A stretch of DNA of 64,000 bases. Origin: Tubiluchus corallicola. Taxonomy: Eukaryota > Animalia > Priapulida. The notes under the pieces are model-generated. The model searched no databases, was not told the DNA's origin, and saw nothing but the letters and a program-made list of their open reading frames with translations. The first letter of the stretch is position 1. The number at the start of each line of letters is the position of its first letter. The position numbers were made by a program, and so were the translations under genes. Positions 1 through 64,000 of this stretch are shown one piece after another. The DNA lies in NCBI GenBank assembly GCA_030141605.1, contig JAQGDQ010000005.1, forward strand, positions 620,180 to 684,179, read 5' to 3'.

Positions 1-63820
<63,820 letters not shown>

Positions 63821-64000
63821 CTAAGTAAAAATCCGTATGTATAAAACACCGTACTTATTCTGTTTCTTGACACGGAAAATATTTTTTGTTGCGAAATTCT
63901 ATTAATTCTTTTTACTAATGCAAGTTTCTAGTCTAGTTACCGTCAAAATAAGTTGATTCAAGCTTACAAGCACATTTAAGGCTGATGCTGTAAGACTATT

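Overview
AT-rich animal (probably invertebrate) genomic DNA lying entirely within one large minus-strand gene: an axonemal inner-arm dynein heavy chain of the DNAH2 (dynein f/I1-beta) type. I traced 65 exons by hand (about 9.47 kb, about 3,150 codons) from the N-terminal tail through the linker, AAA1-AAA4 and into the stalk/MTBD. All introns are GT-AG, phases are consistent and I found no stops; both gene ends lie outside the window. The main surprise is that AAA1, the motor-driving ATPase site, is degenerate at normally near-invariant positions (TMNPGYAGR reads TMHPAMTDN; DEFNR reads DEFNM), while Walker A, the Walker B glutamate, sensor II and the AAA2 arginine finger are kept. This suggests a catalytically impaired or re-tuned DNAH2 (inference). 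Introns hold decayed LINEs, a non-autonomous Helitron family with a head-to-tail junction, hAT and Harbinger MITEs, a 1.5 kb foldback, tRNA- and 5S-derived repeats, a 48-bp minisatellite and microsatellites. Reference dynein motifs are recalled from memory; no searches were run.
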